Origin: Azolla caroliniana
Taxonomy: Eukaryota; Plantae; Polypodiophyta
NCBI GenBank assembly: GCA_043228905.1
Contig: JBHGNT010000021.1
Location: 2,790,001 to 2,854,000 of the forward strand
Direction: 5' to 3'
DNA: 64,000 bases
Part shown: piece by piece, positions 56,142 through 64,000 of the stretch
How positions within the stretch are numbered: position 1 is the first letter of the stretch
Layout: each line of letters opens with the position of its first letter
Position numbers and translations under genes: made by a program
Notes under the pieces: model-generated
Told to the model about the DNA's origin: nothing
Databases searched by the model: none
What the model saw: only the letters and a program-made list of their open reading frames with translations

Positions 56142-59100
56142 TGTTGTAGACAAAGTCGTCTATGCGGAAGATCAAGAAGCATTCGATTCTTTTCTGTACC
56201 TGCGTATGACTGTTTCTAGGTCGTTGCACAGAGAGAGAGAGAGAGAGAGAGAGACAAAAGACTCTTTATTTCATAAAGCAAATAATACAACAACCAACCT
56301 TACAAAAAGGTTACAAGGTCACTATATATAGTGACCGACTTAGGGCAACTACCATTTATGCTAATTACACAAATGACCCAAACTTGAGCTATACAAAGGG
56401 ATAGTGTGGATACGTCCATTATACACTTGTATTCGACACTCCCCCGTAATGGGCGTATACATGGGTTATCTAAGATTACAGGTATAAACTTAGGTTCTCG
56501 GACATATCAATTTTGTTCGAGTCGGCAGGGTCCGAAGGCAGAAGACCGGACTGGTCGGGTCGGAAGGTTGAAGCCGATCATTAAGGAACTGATGTCGGTT
56601 GTCCGAAATCATCCTGCGCTGTGTCCGACTCTAACCGGACTGGTTTGTCGTTACGCCCATCTGATGCCGGAGAGACCGAAAGCGGTCTGCCGAAAGACAC
56701 TTGGTCATTCCATCTGCGACATTGTCGGTTGTGGATATTTTCTCTAGACCGATTTTCCCTGAAATGACGCAGTCCCGAACGAAGTGATATCGAACGTCGA
56801 TATGTTTGGAGGCGTTGTGGTGAACCGGATTTCTCGACAAGGCAACAGCACCTTGACTGTCGCTATAGACAACTGGGGTCGAGTCATGGTCGACTTGTCG
56901 AAACGTGTGCGCCAGCCGACCGAGCCACAAAGCTTCTTTTGCTGCATCGGACGCAGCTACATATTCTGCTTCGGTCGTTGAGGTCGCTGTGCACTCCTGA
57001 AGTTTCGACTTCCACGAGATTGCTCCATTGCCGAATTTGAAGCAGTATCCGGTTGTTGATTTCCGACTGTCTATACAGCCGGCGAAATCCGAGTCGGTGT
57101 AACCGACTACGCCTGAGGTTCGGTTCGGACCGAAAAGAATGTCGTGGTCTTTTGTGCCAGCCAGATATCTGAACACATGCTTGACTGCGTTCCAATGCGA
57201 TCGGCCGGGATTGTGCATAAATCTGCTAACGACTCCTACGGCGTGAGAAATATCAGGCCGTGTCGCGACCATCAGGTACATAAGGGAGCCGACTGCCGGT
57301 GCATACGGTACCGACTTCATATCTTCCCCCTCCGGACCGGATGTCGGGCAGTCTCGCTGAGAGAGCCGAAGATTCATAGGGAGCGGGGTTGAAGCAGATT
57401 TGGCTGATTGCATGTTGAAGCGTTCTAAGACACGTCGGATATAGTCGGTCTGAGACAGAAAAAGATGTCGTTTATCGCGATGCCGACTAATCTTCATGCC
57501 GAGTATGTGTCGTGCCGGACCGAGGTCCTTCATGGCAAACTTCAACCGCAGTTGCCGAATGAGATCGGCAAGTTCGCCCGCGTGGCGTCCAGAAATTAGC
57601 ATGTCGTCCACGTAAATGATGAGGAAGATGGGTGATCCATCTTGAGCTGTGTTGGTGAAAAGACAATGGTCCTCATCGCTTTTTGAGAAGCCGATCGATT
57701 GGATGAAGTCGTCGAACTTCTTGTACCATTGTCGCGGTGCCTGTTTGAGGCCGTATAGACTCTTCCTGAGTCGGCAGACTAGATGTTCTTGGCCAGTCGC
57801 CACGAAGCCTTTTGGCTGCTCCATATAAATTTCCTCGTCAAGATCACCATGGAGGAAGGCTGTTTTGACATCTAGCTGAATCAGCTCCAAGTTGTCGGCT
57901 GCCACTACGCCGAGTAAGAAACGAAGGGTTGTCATTTTCACCACTGCTGAAAAAATCTCGTCGAAGTCGACGCCATATTCTTGTCGGAAGCCCTTCGCAA
58001 CTAATCTGGCCTTGTACTTTGGGGTGGTCGAATCAGACGTCTCTTTTAGTCGATAAACCCACTTGCAAGGAAGAGATCGTCGGTTCCTAGGTAATTCGAC
58101 CAGATCCCAAGTCTTGTTTGCCCGAATGGAGTGCATTTCCGACTCCATCGCCAGATGCCAGGTGGCTGAATCGACAGATGTCGATGCTTCTTCGTAAGAC
58201 GTCGGTTCGCCGGCGTCGGTGAAGAAAATTCCAGGAGAATACCTCTCCGGAGGTTGCGACAGTCTCTCGGATCGTCGAGGTATGATTGGACTGGTCGCAT
58301 CGGGTATCAAGGTCGGATGGTCCGAAAGCGGATTGTTCTGCGGTGCCGAGTCGGAGTTGTCCGATTCGGTAGTGTAAGGTTCAGCTACCCGTGAAGCTGA
58401 CCGTGTGTTAAGAGCGGGGCCTTCTTGAAGGGTCGGCACATCGGAAAATGTTACCCTTCGAACTTCGATCGGTTTTTCGACTGATGGATTCATAGCCGAC
58501 TCGTTGAACACAACGTCCGAACTTCGAACGATTTGTCTGCGTTCGGGGTCCCAGAGTCGGTATCCCATTTCGCCGTCTGATCCATATCCAAGAAAAATGC
58601 ATTTCCTGGACCGAGGTGCAAGTTTTCGGCGATCATCTTTCGGAATAAGGGCGTACGCCTCGCATCCGAAGATCCTCAGCTTGTCGTAATTCGGCTTACT
58701 GCCGATCCATAGTTCTTGAGGAATTTGAAGTCCTAGAGGTCTACTTGGCGACATATTGATTATGTGTGCTGCCGTGAGTAGAGCCTCTGCCCAGAAGCCA
58801 TCCGACAGTCCGGAGTGTTGGAGCATGGAAACTATCCGTTCTTGGATTGTCCGATTCATGCGTTCGGCAATCCCGTTTTGCTCCGAACTGTGTGGTGCCG
58901 TAAATTCACGTCGGATGCCGCGTTGTCGGCAGAATTTGACGAATTCTTCTTATTTGAACTCTCCCCCATTGTCGGTCCGAAAGCATTTCAGCTTTCGGTC
59001 GGTTTGATTTTCTACCATAGCGAGCCAATCGGAGAAGATCGAGAAGACACGATCTTTGGTGCGAATTGGATAAGCCCACACCTTTCGAGTCGAATCGTCA

Positions 59101-61628
59101 ATAAAACTGACGAAGTAAGAGGCACCGCCAAGAGACTGATGCGGCATCGGGCCACAGACGTCCGAGTGGACTAAATCGAGAGGTCTCGTTTCTCTTGGTG
59201 CTGATGTCGGGTGTGATGCGGCTGCTTGTTTGCCATACTGACAATGCTCGCAGAATTGATGGTCGGAGAAGGAGAGTTTGGGGATGTATCCGGCTCTAGA
59301 TAGATGCGTAATGCCGGCCTTGCTGAGGTGTCCTAATCTTCGGTGCCATAGTGATGACACAGGAATATCCACCAAAAACAGGTTACCCTCTCTGAGCGTA
59401 ACATGTAACGGATACAGTGAGTGTATCTTGGGTCCTCTAGCAAGCAGGAGGTTCCCCCTGTGGAGTGTCCACCCTCCCGAAGAAAAACCGGCACGAATGC
59501 CGTCTTCATCTAGTTGTCCAACTGAGATCAATGGCCTTGAGAGCTCGGGTACATGTCGGACATTGTGAAGTACAAGTGTAGAGCCACCTGCAAGGTTGAG
59601 CTCTACTGTGCCGATTCCGATGATGTCACAGTGTTGTGAGTTGCCGACTCGAACTGAGTCGGAGTGACGGGTCGTATATTGCCGAAATTGGGATCGATGA
59701 GGAGTCACGTGAAATGACGCGCCTGAATCTAAGAGCCATGTGCTCGATTCTTCAGTCGTGAGTAGAACTTCTGATCCGACTGGATTTTCGATTGATAGTA
59801 TATTCGGGTCGTCTGGTAGCACATCAGCTGAAAAGCTGACGTAATTGATCTCCTCATGCCGGCCACTCTTCTTGTTGTTCTTGTTCTTGAGTGCGCGGCA
59901 GTCGGCTTTGATGTGTCCGGGTTTCTTGCAATAGTTGCAGATTCGGTTATCCCGTGACTGGCTCCGTCTTCGCTGATTGTTCGGCGGCCGTGAGGAATCT
60001 CTTCCTCGTATGTTCGATCGGTCTGTCGAACCTTGTACTACGTAAGCGTCGTTTGTTGAGTCTTTGGCGAAAGACTTTCTCCGAGCTGCTTCGGTCAGGA
60101 TTGCGCTCGTGACTTCGGAGTATTTAACAGCCGTGGTTGACGCGTTGCACACGGTTGTGACGAAAGTTTCCCATGATGAGGGAAGGCTGCTCATGAGTAT
60201 CATTGCTCTGAGTTCATCCTCGATTGCCGTCCCCTGTGACGAGATTTGGGAGCTTATGCTTTCGTACTCATTGAGATGTGCTTGAACCGAATCGGATTCT
60301 TTCATCCGCAGGTTGTAGAGGCGCCGGATCAGAAACATCTTCGTTGTGGCGACCTTCTTTTCGTAAGTGTCCGACAGTGTTTTCCACAGTTCGAATGCTG
60401 TCGTACACGATTGCACCGTAAAGTATACCGATTCCGATAGGTGCATCCGAATCGTGGCGCGGACGATTCTGTCCAGCTTCTGCCACTCAATTGGTTTGTA
60501 TCCTTCTGGAGGTTCTTCATTTTCGATGGGATCGATTTGCCCCTTGACTATGAGATAGTCCTGCATTTGCTCCTTCCAGAAATTGAAGTTCGATCCATCG
60601 AACTTTCGTAGACTCATTTCTGACGAGCCGGATGTTGATGCCATCAAATTTGGTTTCGGTTAACGAAGCTCGGTTCGGAGTTGACTACGAACCTTGTGGG
60701 AGTGCAGCCGGTTGGCTCACCCGATATCGTTCTAGTCGGATTTGAACCCGAGTCGGTTCGGCTTCGAATATATGTATTGTTGAACTTGCTCGAATTGACT
60801 CCGGTAACTTGAGGGACAGAACCGACTGGTCTTCCCGAATGGTTCCGAGTCGGAGTGAGCCCGGTTCGCTTCGGATATATATACCGAATACCGATTATTG
60901 AAACCGATTGTCTGGACCGATTCTGCTTCGGGTGGCTGCAGCGACGAGAGAGACAGATCCAACTGATCCTCCCGAATGTCGATCAGCCAGATGAAGCACG
61001 AATTGGGGTTGTTGTCTTGAGACCGATCTGCACCGAGTGGTTACAATGAGCGGCGTTTGATGACCTCTTCGGATGCCGTTTAACCGAGTGGAGCACGATC
61101 GTGTCAATGTTGCACAGGGGGATTTCACCTCGAGTGGTTACGATCACAAGGAACAGAGTACAACCTGCTGGCTTACTCCAAGTGAAGATGATCTAACGCG
61201 ATGAGATGCGAGCCTCGTTTTTCTTCTTCTTCTCTCTTCTTCGAATGACGCAAGAAACCGAATGCTGTGCAGGCTGAGACGACGGCCGACAGCGGATTGA
61301 AGGACCGAATACTGTGCAGGCTCTGATACCAGATGTTGTAGACAAAGTCGTCTATGCGGAAGATCAAGAAGCATTCGATTTTTTTCTGTACCTGCGTATG
61401 ACTGTTTCTAGGTCGTTGCACAGAGAGAGAGAGAGAGAGAGAGACAAAAGACTCTTTATTTCATAAAGCAAATAATACAACAACCAACCTTACAAAAAGG
61501 TTACAAGGTCACTATATATAGTGACCGACTTAGGGCAACTACCATTTATGCTAATTACACAAATGACCCAAACTTGAGCTATACAAAGGGATAGTGTGGA
61601 TATGTCCATTATACACTTGTATTCGACA
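56142..61628 (-). mobile_element. Copia-A2: full-length relative of Copia-A; TSD CTACC
   Basis: LTRs 61334-61628 and 56142-56438, iMet PBS at about 61319-61331, PPT ACGGGGGAG. CTACC lies at 56137-56141 and 61629-61633. Confidence 0.96.
56631..60644 (-). pseudogene. Copia-A2 polyprotein with one in-frame stop in integrase
   Basis: GEFK-TAA-EEF at 58950-58952 where Copia-A reads GEFK-TCC-EEF; otherwise collinear. Confidence 0.9.
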
Positions 61629-62068
61629 CTACCAACATCAAATGCACATCTTACCCGACACTCGGCCGGTTCAGTAGAGGCGCTACAGGATGAACCCCAA
61701 CTACGCCGCTAAAGTCAAAGAGGAAATCGACAAACTACTCCGAGTGGGCTTCATTCGCCCTGTTAAATGGGCCACGTGGTTGAGCCTGATCGTAGTGGTC
61801 CCAAAGAAGAATGGAAAAATCTGCGTCTGCGTCGACTATCGGAAGCTTAACGCGGCAACAGTCACCGACGGTTTCCCTCTCCCATTCACGGACAGCGTCC
61901 TCGACATGGTAGCCGGCCACGAATGCTACAGTTTCCTCGATGGGTTCAGCGGCCATAACCAGATAAGAATGCACCCGGAGGATCAGGAGAAAACCGCTTT
62001 CGTCACGGAATGGGGTGTTTTTGTAGCAGAAGTAATGATGTTCGGTCTAAAAACGGCGTCGGCTACGT

Positions 62069-64000
62069 TGTCGTGAAGAAAACCGTCCACTAGCGGAATC
62101 GGTGCACCGGAGCGTAGGAACCGGCTCTTCATGCACGTACGTCTTATGTTGTACATAAGAGAGAATTAGGTACATAGAAGATCCTAGGTAGGTAGATTCA
62201 GTAGGTAGGAAGTTAATGGGAAACGGCTCCTTTCTTGCCTATAAAAGGAGGGAGACGGGGAAGAGGAAGGGGATCACCGTTAGAGAGGACGAAGTGCTGT
62301 CGGGTTGTCGGCCGAAGGCTTCTCTCTCTTCCATACTCTGTAGCTTCTTTCGGTGCAGGGTTTCAGGAGGCTCGCACTGCTCTGAGGAATGCCCGAGTGC
62401 TTCCGGCAGCACCTCCAACCTATTCCTTTCTTCCTGAGCGTTTACGAACAGGCATCGGCATCTGTTCGCCGGCCTGTTCGGTTGTAACCGACTTCGTGCT
62501 TCTTGTTGTTTGTCCTTGTTAATATATATATACATACATTCGTGTCTCTCTGCGTCGGTGTCGCACTCGCGTCTTTATGTCGAAGGGTTGTGCCCCTATG
62601 AATCTACGCCCACACGTAGTGGGTCCCTTCCCTTCTCCTTTGTCTCTTGCTCTTCGGTACAAGACCCCCGAGGCCCCGCCTCATTCCACGCATCCGCGAG
62701 GAATACCAGGACATTTTGGTGAACCCGACGTGAAGGAGGCGGCAGAAGAGCAGAAGATGAAGGGGTCGGATCTTGCGGAGGCCATGGCTTCAGCCGTGGA
62801 TCAGATATTGAGCGCACGCGAGGGCACCGGCGCCCTCGACAGAGCCATTGAGGTGGTCGTCGATACGATCGGCCGGTTTAGCGGAAAGGATGCCACGAAG
62901 TATTTGGCGTCCTACGGGGCAGAAATGCTAATGCGGGACATTCCGGAAGAGAGGCGTCTTGCCGGGTTCCCTCGAGTGGCGATGCCGAGCATCCATGCGG
63001 AGGTGCTCGAGGTACGGGCGGAGAGCCATACCTGGGAGGAGTTCGAAGGCCGACTCCTAGAAAAATACGTGTTGGAAGACGCGCTCCGGCTTTCGAAACG
63101 GGACTTCATGGAATGGGTGGAGTCCCTCGGCAAGGGAAGAAACGCGTCGGCACTCCTCCGGGAGTTTGAGGAACGCTTTGCGCGCCTTTCGGCGCTTGAC
63201 CGAACCGTTCTGGATACGAGCCGGGTCCTACTGTTCGTCAAGTCGGTGGACGAGCGGGACCGGGATCAGGTCGGCTCCTTGCTAGAAACCGAAGACGGGC
63301 TAACGACCGACTGGGCTGCGGTTAAGAGAGTTTGTGGCCGTTTCGACAAACGGCGAGAATGGGCTTACAACGGGGCGGCCGGAGCGGGCTCTGTCACAGC
63401 AAGGGGGCTTGAACCGGCACCGCAAGGGCGAAGGGCAGAGACCCGGGAGTGGCTCGAAACCGGTTCGGCTCCGACCGGCATGGTCAATGACTCGTCCGGA
63501 GGAGCAGCGCTGGAGGAGTTGACGCGGGCGATAAAAGATCTCCAGATTGCCCAGACTCGAAGGGAAGGCGGCGAACCGGCTCGTGACCGACGGCCGGCAG
63601 CAGGGAACAGGTGCATGTGGTGCGACGAGGTCGGCCACATTTGGAAGGACTGCGGCGATTTCGCAGAGGCGTTGAGGAACCGGGTGGTGTACCTATGGGA
63701 AGGTCGGGTGCACGCCGGCGATACAAGAAGGGCCCTAAACCGGAACGACGGGCGAGGAGGTATGAAGAGACTGATGGAAGAGGCAGCGGCCCGACACGTG
63801 GAGGCCATCCACTACTCGGCGACGGCCGGTATTCGGGTCGGGGGCAGCGAGGCCTGAAAGGAGAGCAAAGACAGATTCTGGTCGGCAATGCTGGAAGGCC
63901 TCGCTGGCGCACGGCTGAGGAAAGATGAAGCGGACCGCGCTGAGAGACGGGTCCGGGAAATAACCGGGTGGAGCGACCTGGTCGAGGAGACGACGGGCTT
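62069..64000 (+). mobile_element. Trp-PBS Gypsy element, 5' part, running off the window
   Basis: LTR 62069-62713, PBS TGGTGAACCCGACGTGAA at 62717-62734, left flank ACGT. Confidence 0.9.
62757..64000 (+). pseudogene. Gag with a premature TGA at 63855-63857
   Basis: MKGSDLAEAMASAVD...CMWCDEVGHIWKDC. The homologous frame continues after the TGA (KESKDRFWSAMLEG), consistent with CGA>TGA. Confidence 0.8.

Larger units (their letters stand above)
53549..62068 (+). mobile_element. Degenerate Athila/Tat-like Gypsy element (5' part), split by Copia-A2 and cut by the element at 62069
   Basis: LTR-like start TGTTGTCC at 53549. Remnants include Gag (AESHIRAF; CFKCNQPGHYATQC in the frame near 54850), protease IIDSGSGVNVI, DYQDVFAWSY, and RT 61690-62068 with CVDYRKLN and YSFLDGFSGHNQI. 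Confidence 0.75.

Noticed and set aside
63855-63857. Programmed readthrough at the Gag TGA
   Set aside because: Homologues have a sense codon here, so CGA>TGA deamination is the simpler explanation.

Overview
Eukaryotic, land-plant DNA; the element types and gene suggest a non-seed plant such as a moss, which is an inference. The window holds one host gene, a 7-exon class II ribose-phosphate pyrophosphokinase (PRS3/PRS4-type, 5710-8674). From about 11.5 kb to the end it is a nest of LTR retrotransposons. There are four Ty1/Copia elements with paired LTRs, tRNA-iMet PBS and 5-bp TSDs, two of them with intact ORFs. There is also an Athila/Tat-like Gypsy remnant and at least nine insertions from one distinctive Ty3/Gypsy group, including an apparently intact copy at 35092-42676. 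That group is the most interesting system here. It combines a tRNA-Trp PBS, 4-bp CpG-centred (RCGY) target sites, a D-x34-E integrase, and Gag-protease separated from RT-RH-IN by a conserved G_GAU_UUU -1 frameshift signal with a probable pseudoknot. Some of its LTRs carry tRNA-like Pol III A/B-box units. A 719-aa coiled-coil ORF abuts an LTR at the window start. All alignments were made by eye and no database searches were run.
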